From contig WFOE01000240.1 in NCBI GenBank assembly GCA_015488215.1, forward strand, positions 9 through 64,008: a stretch of 64,000 nt of DNA, written 5' to 3'. The translations under genes were made by a program, and so were the position numbers. Shown in pieces: positions 28,934-39,311 of this stretch. The notes under the pieces are model-generated. The model worked only from the letters and a program-made list of their open reading frames with translations. It ran no database searches and was not told the DNA's origin. The DNA is from Planctomycetales bacterium (GTDB taxonomy: Bacteria > Planctomycetota > Planctomycetia > Pirellulales > S012-138). How positions within the stretch are numbered: position 1 is the first letter of the stretch; each line of letters starts with the position of its first letter.

Positions 28934-29374
28934 ATGTCCGAACCCGGCTGTTCGCTGCCCGCTCCGCCGGTATCCCACGTGCTGGAACTAGGCGTATATG
29001 CCGACGACCTGGAGGCGGCCGAAGCGTTTTACGCCCGGGTGCTCGGGCTGCCGGTGGTGGATCGGGAACCGGGGCGCCACGTGTTTTTCCGCGTGGGCCG
29101 GAGGAGCATGTTGCTGGTGTTTCGGCCCCAGGCTACCGAAGCTCCCGGCGGAAACCTACCGCCGCACGGGGCACGAGGCCCCGCACACTTTGCCCTGGCC
29201 ATCGAAGCGGAAACCCTGCCCGCTTGGCGCAAGCACCTGGCCGCCTGCGGCGTGGAGATCGAACAGGAGGTGCACTGGCCCCGCGGAGGCATTTCGCTCT
29301 ACTTCCGCGATCCGGCCGGCAACTCGGTCGAGCTGGTAACCCCCGGCTGCTGGGGATTGCCGGATGGCTGGTAG
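28934..29374 (+). CDS. VOC/glyoxalase-bleomycin resistance family protein
   Basis: 146 aa with HVLELGVYADDLEAAEAFYARVLGL ... HFALAI ... SLYFRDPAGNSVEL, typical of paired beta-alpha-beta-beta-beta modules. Confidence 0.8.
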   Translation: MSEPGCSLPAPPVSHVLELGVYADDLEAAEAFYARVLGLPVVDREPGRHVFFRVGRRSMLLVFRPQATEAPGGNLPPHGARGPAHFALAIEAETLPAWRKHLAACGVEIEQEVHWPRGGISLYFRDPAGNSVELVTPGCWGLPDGW

Positions 29375-29438
29375 GGGCGCCTCGTGGCAAAAGGGACTAG
29401 CAGTCCCACGGCGCCGAATCGCGACTCCTGGAGGACTC

Positions 29439-30392
29439 TTACCAGCTTCCCAGCACGGCGGTGAGTTTGACGGTTTTTCCCTGGCGGAGCACCACCAATT
29501 CGAGTCTGTCGCCCGGGACTTTTTCGGCGATGATTTTGGTCAGCGAACGGAAGTTGGTTACCGGCTTACCGTCCGCTTTGATCACCACGTCCAGGGGGCG
29601 CAGGCCGGCCTTTTCGGCCGCAGAGCCGGGCTGAACCGCTTGGATGACGCAGCGCAGCTCGCGATCCGAGCCTTGCACACCCAGGAAACCCCCGCGACGC
29701 ACGTCCAGTTGCACTTCCGGAGGCCAGACGCGGCGCAGTTGCAACAGCCCTTGTTCCGAAATCCGCGTTCCGTACAACTGCACGGCCTGGAGCCGATGCA
29801 GCGAGGAAAGCACCGGTACCAGAGAATCGTCGGCCTGGCTCGTGTACAGAGCCAGCCCTTGCAGATGGTCCAGTTTTCCCAGCAGGCGCAGGTCTTTCTT
29901 GGTCCCTTTCCACTTGCGGTCAATCACCAGGAACGAGACGACCATGCCGGTCGGCGTAATCTTTTGCACAAAGCGGGCGCCCAGTTGTTGCAGCCGGGCC
30001 AGGGCACGCTCTCGTTCCTGAACGTGCAAGCGTCGGATGATTCTTCGGGCTTCCTGGCCGTAGAGCGTGGCGGCGTCCCGGGCCAGAAGGTCCAACGCCT
30101 TGCGTGCCGCCTGGGCGGTGGCTTCGTCGTCCAGCAGGGCCATCTGGTGCAGAATGCGCAGTGTGCGCATCCAGACTTCCAGCCCCTGGCTGCGGGAGTA
30201 TTCCACCAGCGGTTCCACCACTTCGGCCCCTTGCTGGATCAGCCGCCGGGTGGCTTCTTCCCGGGCATGGTAGAGATCCGAGTTCAGTTGCTCAAACAAG
30301 CGGCGCAACCCTTCTGGTTCTTCGGCACGAAGCACCGGCTGAGAGAAGATACTGGCCGCCGCAAGCAGCACCAGCAGCGATGCAGACCGCAT
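29439..30392 (-). CDS. Secreted HEAT/LRR-like protein with a C-terminal PDZ domain
   Basis: Has a signal peptide MRSASLLVLLAAASIFSQPVLRA and leucine-rich repeats (LRLLGKLDHLQGLALY, LSSLHRLQAVQLYGTRISEQGLLQL). The PDZ region is GFLGVQG...VQPGSAAEKAGLRPLDVVIKADGKPV. Confidence 0.75.
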   Translation of the reverse strand: MRSASLLVLLAAASIFSQPVLRAEEPEGLRRLFEQLNSDLYHAREEATRRLIQQGAEVVEPLVEYSRSQGLEVWMRTLRILHQMALLDDEATAQAARKALDLLARDAATLYGQEARRIIRRLHVQERERALARLQQLGARFVQKITPTGMVVSFLVIDRKWKGTKKDLRLLGKLDHLQGLALYTSQADDSLVPVLSSLHRLQAVQLYGTRISEQGLLQLRRVWPPEVQLDVRRGGFLGVQGSDRELRCVIQAVQPGSAAEKAGLRPLDVVIKADGKPVTNFRSLTKIIAEKVPGDRLELVVLRQGKTVKLTAVLGSW

Positions 30393-30593
30393 TATGGCTT
30401 CCTTCGGCTGAATGCGTGGTAAGAACCGCGGCCCCTTCGTGGAGGGCGACTCCCTCAATTCTAAGTCTCCGACGCCCGGTGTGACAATGTTTTGCTCCTG
30501 ACGGGGTTCGTGCTCCCGGGCCGCAGAGCTAGAATCTGCAAAAGCCGTTTGTGCGAGCATGGTTCCCTGTTCTGCAACTGCGAGCCCGAGTCC

Positions 30594-30995
30594 ATGCCAT
30601 CGGGAAAACGCAAATCGGGCCGGCGTGCCCCGGCGCGGAAAACGTCGCGGGCGAAAAAGGCCGGGGGGAAGCTGCGCCGCGGCACGGGCGAGTCGCCCGC
30701 GGCCGACGCCCTGACCACCGGCTGGCTGCTGGCCCTGTTGTTTCTGCTGGCCTGCGAGTTGGGCGGCCTGGTCACCTGGCTACTTGGCGACCGGGGGCTG
30801 GGCTGGCAGTTGGCCGCCGAGTACCTGCTGGTGGCCTCGCTGGCTCTGGCCCTTTTCGCCCTGGGGCTGCTGGCCGTGGTGCTGCGCGTTCGCCGCAGCC
30901 GCCCGCCGGCAGTGCTGGTCGCGGCCACTTGGGCGCTGTCGCTCCTCCCCTGGGGCGTTTATCTGCTGCTGTGGTGGCGGCACGCTGGGGCTTAG
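30594..30995 (+). CDS. Hypothetical membrane protein with a K/R-rich N-terminus
   Basis: 133 aa. The basic N-terminus MPSGKRKSGRRAPARKTSRAKKAGGKLRR is followed by 3-4 hydrophobic helices. Confidence 0.55.
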   Translation: MPSGKRKSGRRAPARKTSRAKKAGGKLRRGTGESPAADALTTGWLLALLFLLACELGGLVTWLLGDRGLGWQLAAEYLLVASLALALFALGLLAVVLRVRRSRPPAVLVAATWALSLLPWGVYLLLWWRHAGA

Positions 30996-32050
30996 CGGGC
31001 TGGGGACAAGGGCCGTTTGAGCCAAGGGACCAGCAGCCGCATCGCTGGGCGGTCTTTTCCATCGGCGGTGGGCTCCAGCGTAAAGCGGTACTCTCCCCAC
31101 CAGGGACCGGCCGCCCACCAGGTCCAGCCCAGCCATACCTCCCGGTTCTGGTGCAGGTGTTCCAGCATGGCCGTGATGGCTTCATCGCCGAGCTGGTGAG
31201 GCTGCGGTCCGATGGTGGCATTGGCTGCGGCGAACTCACCCAGAAAACCTCGCCGCCGGTGTCGGCGCAGCCACTGGGTGAAGCGGCGTAGGCGCTCGAC
31301 GCCCACCTGGGGACTTACCACCTGGGAAGTGGTTCCGGAGGAGTCGCGGTCCAAGTATTGGTGTACTTCGTAGGCGAAATTGTCGGCCGGATCGCGGAAC
31401 TCCAGCATCACCCGGGCGTTTGGTTCGCCGTACCAGTCCTGATGCCAGTTGTGGGCCCCGGACCACCCGTTCCCCGGTACCAGCACCAGTTGGCGTGCCC
31501 CGGTGCGGCGAATGGCAGCCACGGCCGCGTTGGCTGCCCGGAGCCATTGCCGGGTAGGCATGTCGTGCGGTTCGTTCATCAGGCCGAAGATGACCCGGGT
31601 GTTGTTCTTGTAGTGCCGCGCCAGGCGCGCCCAGAAATCGGCAAAATGGGCGTAGCTCACTTCCCGGGAACCGATCACCCGGCCCCGGTAGCGGGCGAAG
31701 TTGTGCGGATCGAGGATCACATACCCGCCACGGCCAGTGATGTAGGCAACCAGTTTATCCAACCGAGCCAGCTCCTGCAGATGAAGCGGTCCGCCCAGGC
31801 GGCGCTGCATCCGTTCCCAGCGAAACGGAATGCGAAACGTGTTCATTCCGCGGCCGAGGAAATAATCGACTTCTGCCGTAGTCGGATAGATATAATGCTT
31901 GCCGTAGATTCCCGGCAGGTGCTTCTGGCCGAACTCGGCACCGCAGAGATTCACTCCGCGAAAGGGCAAGCAGTCGGGGCCCGGAGCCGGCTCGGCCCCG
32001 GCGGCGCCGGAGAGCAGTACCATAAGCAACGCGGCCTGGGAAAAACGCAT
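30992..32050 (-). CDS. Glycoside hydrolase family 5 (endoglucanase-like)
   Basis: Has a signal peptide MRFSQAALLMVLLSGAAGA, FRIPFRWERMQ, ILDPHNFARY, the GH5 acid/base motif FGLMNEPHD, and EVHQYLD. Confidence 0.85.
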   Translation of the reverse strand: MRFSQAALLMVLLSGAAGAEPAPGPDCLPFRGVNLCGAEFGQKHLPGIYGKHYIYPTTAEVDYFLGRGMNTFRIPFRWERMQRRLGGPLHLQELARLDKLVAYITGRGGYVILDPHNFARYRGRVIGSREVSYAHFADFWARLARHYKNNTRVIFGLMNEPHDMPTRQWLRAANAAVAAIRRTGARQLVLVPGNGWSGAHNWHQDWYGEPNARVMLEFRDPADNFAYEVHQYLDRDSSGTTSQVVSPQVGVERLRRFTQWLRRHRRRGFLGEFAAANATIGPQPHQLGDEAITAMLEHLHQNREVWLGWTWWAAGPWWGEYRFTLEPTADGKDRPAMRLLVPWLKRPLSPAR

Positions 32051-32259
32051 CGTGTTGGTTCCTTCAAGCTGGAATAAACCCGGTGATTTCATGCTACACG
32101 GCGGCAGCGGACCCGCCCAGCCGCAGCCTGTCAGATGAACCGCAACGGCCAGTGGAACGTACAACGCACATGGTGCCCGGGTGTCCCCGGCATGCCAACA
32201 GCCATAACTGAAGCTGCAACCGGAACCCACGTAGCCGGCCTTGCCCGTGAGCAGAAGCG

Positions 32260-33549
32260 ATGAACCCCCGTGGACGACGCGTGGCCATTCTCGGAGCCGG
32301 TCCGGTGGGACTGGAAGCGGCCCTGTACGCTTGCAAGCTCGGCTACTCGGTGCGGGTGTACGAACAAGGCCACTTGGGCAATCACCTGCGGCAGTTTGCC
32401 CATGTGCGGTGGTTTACTCCCTGGCGAAGGATCTGTTCGCCGCTGGCCGCCCGGTGCCTGAAAGAACACGACCCGCAGTGGTTGCTTCCCTGGGACGAAG
32501 CGCCCACGGCCGCCCAGATCGTCGCCAGGCTGCTGGAACCCCTGGCCCGACTGCCGCAGCTTGCCGCCGCGGTGCACCAGGGGGTGCGCGTGCTGGCGGT
32601 GGGGCGCACCGGGCTGCTCAAGACCGATCTGCCGCCCGAGCGTCCCCGGGCCGGGGTGCCGTTCCGGCTGCTGCTAGAGGACGAGCAGGGCCACCAGTGG
32701 TGCGAGACGGCCGACGTAGTGCTCGACTGCACCGGCACGTTCGGCCGGCCCAATCCGCTGGGCGACGGTGGATTGCCCGCTCCCGGCGAAGAAACCTGCA
32801 AGGACCGAATCCACCGCGGATTGCCCGACGTGCTGGGTGCCCAGCGGGCGTGGTTTGCCGGGCGTCGGGTGCTGGTTGTCGGCAGCGGTTACTCGGCTGC
32901 CACGTCCGTGGTGGCTCTGGCCCAGTTGGCCCGGGAAGTGCCCGGCACCCGGGTGTGGTGGATTACGCGTCGCGTGCCGCCGCCGGGTCAGGGGCCAATC
33001 GCCCGATGGCCCGGGGATCCGCTCCCCCTGCGCGACGAGCTGGCCCGGCAAGCCAACCACCTGGCCTTGGCCGAAAGTCCCGTGACCTGGCTGCCCGGGG
33101 TGCGCGTGGAGCGGCTCGTTCCTGCCGGCGGGAAAGTACACGTTGCGCTTACAGGCAACGGACCGCACACTCTGGAAGTGGAACGCATCCTTTCCCACAC
33201 AGGCTACCGGGGCGATTGGTCCTTGACCTGCGAGCTGCACCTGCATCAGTGCTACGCCACCCAGGGGCCGATTCGCCTGGCCGCGTCGCTGCTCCAAAAC
33301 GCAAGCGGCGATTGTCTGCAACAGGGCCCGGCTCCAGCCGAATTGCTGGCTACGCCGGAACCGGACTTTTTCGTGCTGGGAGCCAAAAGCTACGGGCGCA
33401 ACTCCCAGTTTCTGCTCCAGCGCGGCTGGCACCAGGTGCGGGACGTGTTCCGTCTGCTAAGCGACGGGCCGCCGCGGGACCTGTATGCCGAAGCTGCCGC
33501 CCGACTCGAACGCATCGGAATTGCCCATGACCCGCTTCCCGAAGCCTGA
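32260..33549 (+). CDS. FAD/NAD(P)-binding oxidoreductase (two-dinucleotide-fold flavoprotein)
   Basis: Has an N-terminal GxGxxG (VAILGAGPVGLEAAL) and a second Rossmann fold (RVLVVGSGYSAATS). The specific function is not recognisable. Confidence 0.7.
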   Translation: MNPRGRRVAILGAGPVGLEAALYACKLGYSVRVYEQGHLGNHLRQFAHVRWFTPWRRICSPLAARCLKEHDPQWLLPWDEAPTAAQIVARLLEPLARLPQLAAAVHQGVRVLAVGRTGLLKTDLPPERPRAGVPFRLLLEDEQGHQWCETADVVLDCTGTFGRPNPLGDGGLPAPGEETCKDRIHRGLPDVLGAQRAWFAGRRVLVVGSGYSAATSVVALAQLAREVPGTRVWWITRRVPPPGQGPIARWPGDPLPLRDELARQANHLALAESPVTWLPGVRVERLVPAGGKVHVALTGNGPHTLEVERILSHTGYRGDWSLTCELHLHQCYATQGPIRLAASLLQNASGDCLQQGPAPAELLATPEPDFFVLGAKSYGRNSQFLLQRGWHQVRDVFRLLSDGPPRDLYAEAAARLERIGIAHDPLPEA

Positions 33550-34435
33550 GCCTCCGGCCGATTCCCCGCGGCCGTGCGTGCCGCTAGAGCATTTGGACCA
33601 ACTGTGGTTCCAGGTGGCCGGCACGCTGTGCAATCTGGAATGTCATCACTGCTTTATCAGTTGCAGCCCGCGCAACCGCACGTTCGGCTTTCTCAAACTG
33701 GACGATGTGCTCCCAGTGCTGGAAGAAGCGGCCGCCCTGGGCGTCAAGGAGTTCTACTACACCGGCGGCGAACCGTTCCTGAACCGGGACATGGTGCCCA
33801 TCCTGGAACACACGCTGCAATACGGACCAGCTACGGTGTTGACCAACGCCACGGTGTTCCGGCCTGCGTGGCTGGAACGCCTGGCTCAGGCCGAGGCCGA
33901 CTCGCTCTATTCGCTGGAGTTTCGCGTTTCGCTGGATGGGTTTTCCGCCGAAACGAACGACCCAATCCGCGGCGCCGGCACGTTCGAGCGTACCATGCGC
34001 GGGGTGGAACAACTGGTTCAGGCCGGGTTCCTGCCGATTATCACCGCGACGCGCACCTGGCCGTTGGAACAAGAACAGGAAGTCATCGAGCAGTTCGTCC
34101 AGGTGCTCAAGCGGCGCGGATACACCCGCCCCCGGCTGAAAATCCTGCCCACGATCCACCTAGGAGCCGAAACCCAGCGCAGCCGCGGCTACCTGCCCAC
34201 AGAACGCGTTACAGCCGAGATGCTGGCCGACTACGATCTGAGCCGGCTCTTGTGCCACCACTGCCGCATCGTTACCGACCGGGGGGTGTACGTCTGCCCG
34301 CTGCTGCTCGAAACCCCCGAAGCCCGACTGGGCGATCGGCTCCAGCAGGCCCTGGGCGCGTTTGCCGTGACGCACGGGGCCTGTTACACCTGCTATGTGC
34401 ACGGAGCCATCTGTAGCAACGCTTCGGGCGGTTGA
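33527..34435 (+). CDS. Radical SAM protein with a Cys-rich C-terminal (SPASM/twitch-like) region
   Basis: Has CX3CX2C = CNLECHHC, a GGEPFL SAM motif, and C-terminal cysteines CHHC...VCPLL...ACYTCYVHGAIC. The start at ATG 33527 overlaps the upstream flavoprotein gene by 23 nt. Confidence 0.8.
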   Translation: MTRFPKPEPPADSPRPCVPLEHLDQLWFQVAGTLCNLECHHCFISCSPRNRTFGFLKLDDVLPVLEEAAALGVKEFYYTGGEPFLNRDMVPILEHTLQYGPATVLTNATVFRPAWLERLAQAEADSLYSLEFRVSLDGFSAETNDPIRGAGTFERTMRGVEQLVQAGFLPIITATRTWPLEQEQEVIEQFVQVLKRRGYTRPRLKILPTIHLGAETQRSRGYLPTERVTAEMLADYDLSRLLCHHCRIVTDRGVYVCPLLLETPEARLGDRLQQALGAFAVTHGACYTCYVHGAICSNASGG

Positions 34436-34508
34436 ATCGCGCTATTGACGGCGTGCTGGGATCAGCAAGTTAAGATGCGATCTTCTGCAGCCGCTTGTAG
34501 TGGCAACA

Positions 34509-35387
34509 TCAGACGGAAGCCCCACTGCCCAGGCCGCTTTGCTGCGGCTGCTGAGCCGGGAGATTGGGGCGATAGTACACCGCCCGGCAGTGATGCTGCG
34601 GCCGGAACTGAGGGCCGAACTCGCCCAGGTATTCCGAAGAGCCGACGAACAAATAGCCGTACTCCGGCATCACTCGGCAGAGCCGTAGCAGAATGTCCCG
34701 CCGGGTGGGCTTGTCGAAGTAGATGAGCACGTTGCGGCAGAAAACGATATCAAAGGGCCCCAACCCCGTGAACGGATCCAACAGGTTGCGCCGCTCGAAC
34801 TTGATCATCCACCGCAGCGAATCGCGGACCCGCCACACTTTGCCTTGCTGTTGGAAATACTTGTGCAGCAACCGCTGGGGGAGCCCTCGTTGGACCTCGA
34901 ATGGTTCGTACTCGCCGCAGCTGGCTTTGTCGATGGCTTCCTGGGAAATGTCGGTGGCCAGAATCTGCACGTCCCAGGCGTCCACGTTGGGGATCGTCTC
35001 CCGCAGCACGATGGCGATGCTGTAAGGTTCCTGGCCCGTGCTACAGGCGGCCGACCAGATGCGAATGCGCCGGGGGAACGGGGTTTTTTCCTTCAGGTCG
35101 ATCAGCTCCGGCAGCACCTTGTGCTGCAGGGCCTGAAAGGGGGCTTCGTCGCGGAAAAACAGCGTTTCGCGCGTGGTAATCGCCTCGATAATCTCCTGCC
35201 TCAGTTTCAGCGCACCGGGAGAGGCGGCCGCCCGGGCCAGCTCCTGGTAGGAAGCCAGCCCATGCCGGACGAGGATTTCATCGAGCCGGGTTTCCAGCAG
35301 GTAAAGTTTGGATTCGTTCAGGCAGACGCCGCAAAGTTTCTGGATCAGCTCAATCAGTTCGGCGACTTCGGCAGCGCGATGGGTCAT
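34509..35387 (-). CDS. cheR: Chemotaxis protein methyltransferase CheR
   Basis: Motifs are TTRETLFFRDEAPF and IRIWSAACSTGQEPYSIA, plus an AdoMet fold. ATG 35387 overlaps the cheB stop (ATGA). Confidence 0.92.
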   Translation of the reverse strand: MTHRAAEVAELIELIQKLCGVCLNESKLYLLETRLDEILVRHGLASYQELARAAASPGALKLRQEIIEAITTRETLFFRDEAPFQALQHKVLPELIDLKEKTPFPRRIRIWSAACSTGQEPYSIAIVLRETIPNVDAWDVQILATDISQEAIDKASCGEYEPFEVQRGLPQRLLHKYFQQQGKVWRVRDSLRWMIKFERRNLLDPFTGLGPFDIVFCRNVLIYFDKPTRRDILLRLCRVMPEYGYLFVGSSEYLGEFGPQFRPQHHCRAVYYRPNLPAQQPQQSGLGSGASV

Positions 35388-36481
35388 ACGAGCACCTTCT
35401 GGCGTACACAACGCAGGATGGTCGAAGGGATTTCGTCCAAGGGAACTTCGAAATCGGCCAGGTTGCGTTCCACCACCGCCCGCGGCATGCCCCAGACGAC
35501 GCAGGTGGACCTGTCCTGAGCTACCACGGTGGCTCCGGCGGCCTTGAGCCGCTGGCAGCCGTCGGCCCCGTCGTCCCCCATGCCGGTCATCACCACGGCC
35601 AGTACGCGCCCCTGATAGGCATCGGCCAGGGAACAGAACAGGTAATCGACCGAAGGGCGGCAGCTTTTCACCGGCGGATCGTCGGTGATACGGATCGTCG
35701 GGGTGCCGGTCAGGGAAACCACCTTCATCTGCTTCCCCCCCGGTGCGATATACACCCAGCCGGGCTGAACCTGTTGGCCGTCTTCGGCTTCGCAGACGTG
35801 CAACCGGCTGCGACGGTCCAGGTCTTCGGCCAGCGAGCGGGTAAACACCGGCGGCATGTGTTGCACCACCAGCACCGGCAGCGGAAAGTCGGCGGGCAAT
35901 TGGGGAATCACATGGGTCAGGGCTTCCGGCCCTCCGGTGGAAACGCCAATGGCCACCACTTGGGGTTGCAGGCGGAATCCCGGCACAGCCGGTCGAGAGG
36001 GCGGAGGCGGAACCTTCCCGGCGGGGGAAGCGTCCGCCTTGGGGCCGGTTCCGGAAGCTCCGTTTCGCAGCTTACGAGACTGGGCGAACGCTTCGATCTT
36101 GGGCAGCAACGTCTCGGCCAGCACCCGGCGGCTTTCGGCCAGATTGCTCGTTTCCGGCTTGGGCACGAAGTCAAACGCGCCCAGGTGCAGTGCTTCGATG
36201 GTTACCCGCGCCCCACGCCGCGTAAACGAACTGAGCATGATCGCCCCGGGAGCCTGAGCCCCTCGCTCCCGCAGTGCCCTGAGCACACCTAGGCCGTCCA
36301 GCTCGGGCATTTCAAAATCGAGGGTCAGCAGGTCCGGCTGCAGCACGTCGATTTGATTCAGTGCAATGAGACCATTGGCGGCCACACCGGCAACGGCGAT
36401 ATCCGGCTGCGACGCAAGCAGGTTGCGCACCACGCTGCGGTACACCACCGAATCGTCCACCACCAGCACTTTCAGAACCAT
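35384..36481 (-). CDS. cheB: Protein-glutamate methylesterase/response regulator CheB
   Basis: Has an N-terminal REC (KVLVVDDSVVYR, DLLTLDFEMPELDG) and a methylesterase domain (VVAIGVSTGGPEAL, VVQHMP, GMGDDGA). Confidence 0.92.
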   Translation of the reverse strand: MVLKVLVVDDSVVYRSVVRNLLASQPDIAVAGVAANGLIALNQIDVLQPDLLTLDFEMPELDGLGVLRALRERGAQAPGAIMLSSFTRRGARVTIEALHLGAFDFVPKPETSNLAESRRVLAETLLPKIEAFAQSRKLRNGASGTGPKADASPAGKVPPPPSRPAVPGFRLQPQVVAIGVSTGGPEALTHVIPQLPADFPLPVLVVQHMPPVFTRSLAEDLDRRSRLHVCEAEDGQQVQPGWVYIAPGGKQMKVVSLTGTPTIRITDDPPVKSCRPSVDYLFCSLADAYQGRVLAVVMTGMGDDGADGCQRLKAAGATVVAQDRSTCVVWGMPRAVVERNLADFEVPLDEIPSTILRCVRQKVLV

Positions 36482-36753
36482 GGTTCTACCCAATTGCTTT
36501 TCGTGGTTCGTTCCCCGTTATGAGAGCACGTCACAAAACCCTTGGTCGTCGCTCCAATGCTCGGGTGTGGCGATTGCAACGGAAAAATTTTGTGACAGCC
36601 TGTTAAATCCCCACTGGCCGAAAAGCCACGGGTGGTCCTGGTTATTGCAAGCGTAGCACACGTTTTTCCTCCCAACGGGGGGGAAACCGGCTAGTTTTGC
36701 CCAGTGCAACTATCGCGGCGGAACCGTGTACCGGCAAAATCGCTCGATGCCAG

Positions 36754-36779
36754 CAAAAACCCCGGGCCAAGGCCCGGGG
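36754..36779 (-). terminator. Rho-independent terminator between mcp and cheB
   Basis: The palindrome CCCCGGGCC-AA-GGCCCGGGG (36760-36779) is followed on the minus strand by TTTTTG. It lies 45 nt after the mcp stop (36825). About 270 nt of non-coding sequence follows before cheB. Confidence 0.75.
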
Positions 36780-36824
36780 CGTGCTGGAAAAATCCGCAGC
36801 GGGAGAACCGGCCGTACCACCGGT

Positions 36825-39260
36825 TCAACTGGCACAGACGGCTTCGGCCGCAGGAGCGGTTGCAACCTTTTCTTCGTCCCGGGCGGCCGCCGGAACGGCG
36901 TTGCTGTCGGTTTCCATGGTGGTGCGGAACTGGTCCAACAGTTCCCGCAGCTCTTCGGCCAGGCGCATCAGCTCCTGGCTGGCCGATTGGGTCTGGACAG
37001 CTCCTTGGGCCGTCTGGTCCAGTACCTGATCCACCTGGGTAATCCGTTGCACGACGTCCTGGCTGGCTTTCGCCGAATCGCTCACTCCCTTGGAGACCAT
37101 TTCGGCCGCGGTGGCCGTCTGGGCCACGTTCTGGGCAATCTCCTTGGTGGTGATGGACTGCTCTTCCACGGCCGAAGCGATGGCACGGGCCACTTCGTTG
37201 ACGTTCTGAATCACCTCGGTGATGTGGCCGATGGCCCCGATGGCGTCGTTCGTGGCCACCTGGATCCGCTGGATGCGGTTGCGGATGTCGTCGGTGGCCG
37301 TGGCCGTCTGCCTGGCCAGTTCCTTCACCTCGGTGGCCACCACGGCGAACCCTTTGCCTGCTTCGCCGGCTCGGGCCGCTTCGATGGTGGCGTTCAGCGC
37401 CAGCAGGTTGGTCTGCTCGGCGATGTCCTGGATGACTTCGATGACCTTGCCGATTTCCTCAGCCGCATTGCCCATTTCGCCAATCTTGGCGTTGGTCTCG
37501 TCGGTCAGCCGTGCGGCGTCGGCCGCTACGCTGGCCGAACGTTCGGCGTTTTGGGCAATCTCGTTGATTGTGGCGCTCATTTCCTCCACCGCGGTGGAAA
37601 CGGCCTTCACGTTGTCGGACATTTCCTGGGTGGAAGCGGCCATCTGCTGCATCGAACCGGTCGTTTCGCGAATCACGCCGGCGACGGTCGAAGTTTCGGC
37701 CAGGGCGGTCTTGCTCCCCTGGGTCAACTGGTCGGCCGTGGTGGCCATCTGTTGCGAAGCCGAACCGAGTACGCGGACGTTTTCCCGAAGCTGTTCGACC
37801 ATGTGATACAGGTTGTCCCGCATCTGGTTGGCCGATTCGATCACCACGCCCAGTTCGTCCTTGGCCTCCACGTCGCACCGCAGGGCCAGGTTGCCCTGGG
37901 CGATCTGGCGGGTGAACTCGGCCAGTTTGATGAGCGGGCGAGTAATGTTGCGGGCGGTCATCAGGCCCAGCCCGACCACGGCCGCGGAAATCAACACGCC
38001 CAGTCCCAGCGACCAGCCCAGCAGGCTGGCCTTCGACGAGGCGGCCGCCTGCCGGATTTCGCCGATGGTCTGGAACGCTTCGGCCGTATCCATCTTGGCC
38101 AGCAGCGCCCACTTAAAGCCAATCAGGTTGATTGGCGTGTAGGCGGTAATCGTCTCCTGGCCCATATAGTCCCGTTCGATTAACACGCCGCTTTTGCCTT
38201 CGGTAAGTGCCGCCTTGGCCGAGTCGGTTTCCACGCGGCCCTGTTCCGGGTTGCGGAACGAGGCAATCAGCGAGTGGGTTTCCGGCTTGCGGTAGGAGTT
38301 GGACCGCATGAGGAAGTCCGGGCCCACCAGCAGAATCTCGCCGGTTTTGCCCAGTCCGCTCCGCTCGGCCACGATCTGGCAGATGCGGTCGGCCGGCAAC
38401 TGGAAGATGAGCACACCAATCCGCTCGCCCCGGTCGAACACCGGCGAGGCGATGAACGCAGCCGGTTCGTTAAAGTCGGGCGGGTAGAGCATGTAATCGG
38501 CCAGGAAAAACGAGTCTCGGGTGTCCGATTCCCGCGCCTGGCGGAACACCGCAGCCAGCCCGGTGTCGCTCCAGGGCCCATCCAGCAGCGAGGTGCCAAA
38601 GTCCACCCGCTTCTGAACGCTGTAGAGGATCCGCCCGGTTTCGTCATCCACCAGGAACAGGTCCCCATAGCCGAACTTCTTGCGGAATCCAGCCAGCATC
38701 GGGTGATAGGCCTGGTGGATTTTGTCGTAGTCGGTCCCGGTGTCGGCCACTTCCAGCAGATGCTTGGCGTGCAAGGGATTGGGGTTGCTAAACAGATAAG
38801 CGTGCTGGAGCAGGACGGCCACGGGGTCCAGGCGGCGAAGCACCTGGTCCACCGGGGGCTGCTTCCCTCCGTTGCGTTTTTCGTATTCGGCCTGGAACAC
38901 CCCCCGGTAGAACGCCGCCAGCTCGCGGCGCATTTTGGCCAACTGGTCGGAGTTGACTTTGCGTTGGGCGGGGTAGTCGGCAATGGCAAAGTAGAACTGC
39001 CGCATCGCCCGGATCATCGAACGGTCCTCCGACAAGGCGAGCACCTGGTCGCGAATCGTATTGAAGTAGTTTTGGACTTCCTGCTTCTTCGCTTCCCGCA
39101 GACCTACCAGGATGCTTTCGGCCTTGGAGCGGGTTTCCTGCTCCACCTGGGTCATAATCTGGTTCATTCCGGCCGAGGCCAGCAGGTAGCTAATCCCGCC
39201 GACCAACAGCAGCGGCACCAAACCAATGCCCAGGAACAAGAGGGTCAAACGCTTTTGCAT
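36825..39260 (-). CDS. Methyl-accepting chemotaxis protein with a double-Cache-like periplasmic sensor and HAMP
   Basis: 811 aa. It has TM1 at the N-terminus, a periplasmic region of about 380 aa ([33 protein letters not shown]), TM2, HAMP, and the conserved signalling hairpin [35 protein letters not shown]. Confidence 0.9.
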   Translation of the reverse strand: MQKRLTLLFLGIGLVPLLLVGGISYLLASAGMNQIMTQVEQETRSKAESILVGLREAKKQEVQNYFNTIRDQVLALSEDRSMIRAMRQFYFAIADYPAQRKVNSDQLAKMRRELAAFYRGVFQAEYEKRNGGKQPPVDQVLRRLDPVAVLLQHAYLFSNPNPLHAKHLLEVADTGTDYDKIHQAYHPMLAGFRKKFGYGDLFLVDDETGRILYSVQKRVDFGTSLLDGPWSDTGLAAVFRQARESDTRDSFFLADYMLYPPDFNEPAAFIASPVFDRGERIGVLIFQLPADRICQIVAERSGLGKTGEILLVGPDFLMRSNSYRKPETHSLIASFRNPEQGRVETDSAKAALTEGKSGVLIERDYMGQETITAYTPINLIGFKWALLAKMDTAEAFQTIGEIRQAAASSKASLLGWSLGLGVLISAAVVGLGLMTARNITRPLIKLAEFTRQIAQGNLALRCDVEAKDELGVVIESANQMRDNLYHMVEQLRENVRVLGSASQQMATTADQLTQGSKTALAETSTVAGVIRETTGSMQQMAASTQEMSDNVKAVSTAVEEMSATINEIAQNAERSASVAADAARLTDETNAKIGEMGNAAEEIGKVIEVIQDIAEQTNLLALNATIEAARAGEAGKGFAVVATEVKELARQTATATDDIRNRIQRIQVATNDAIGAIGHITEVIQNVNEVARAIASAVEEQSITTKEIAQNVAQTATAAEMVSKGVSDSAKASQDVVQRITQVDQVLDQTAQGAVQTQSASQELMRLAEELRELLDQFRTTMETDSNAVPAAARDEEKVATAPAAEAVCAS

Positions 39261-39311
39261 GGCAAACTCCTGTGTTAGCTACAAACGAGGGACGTTTGGG
39301 TTATCGACACA

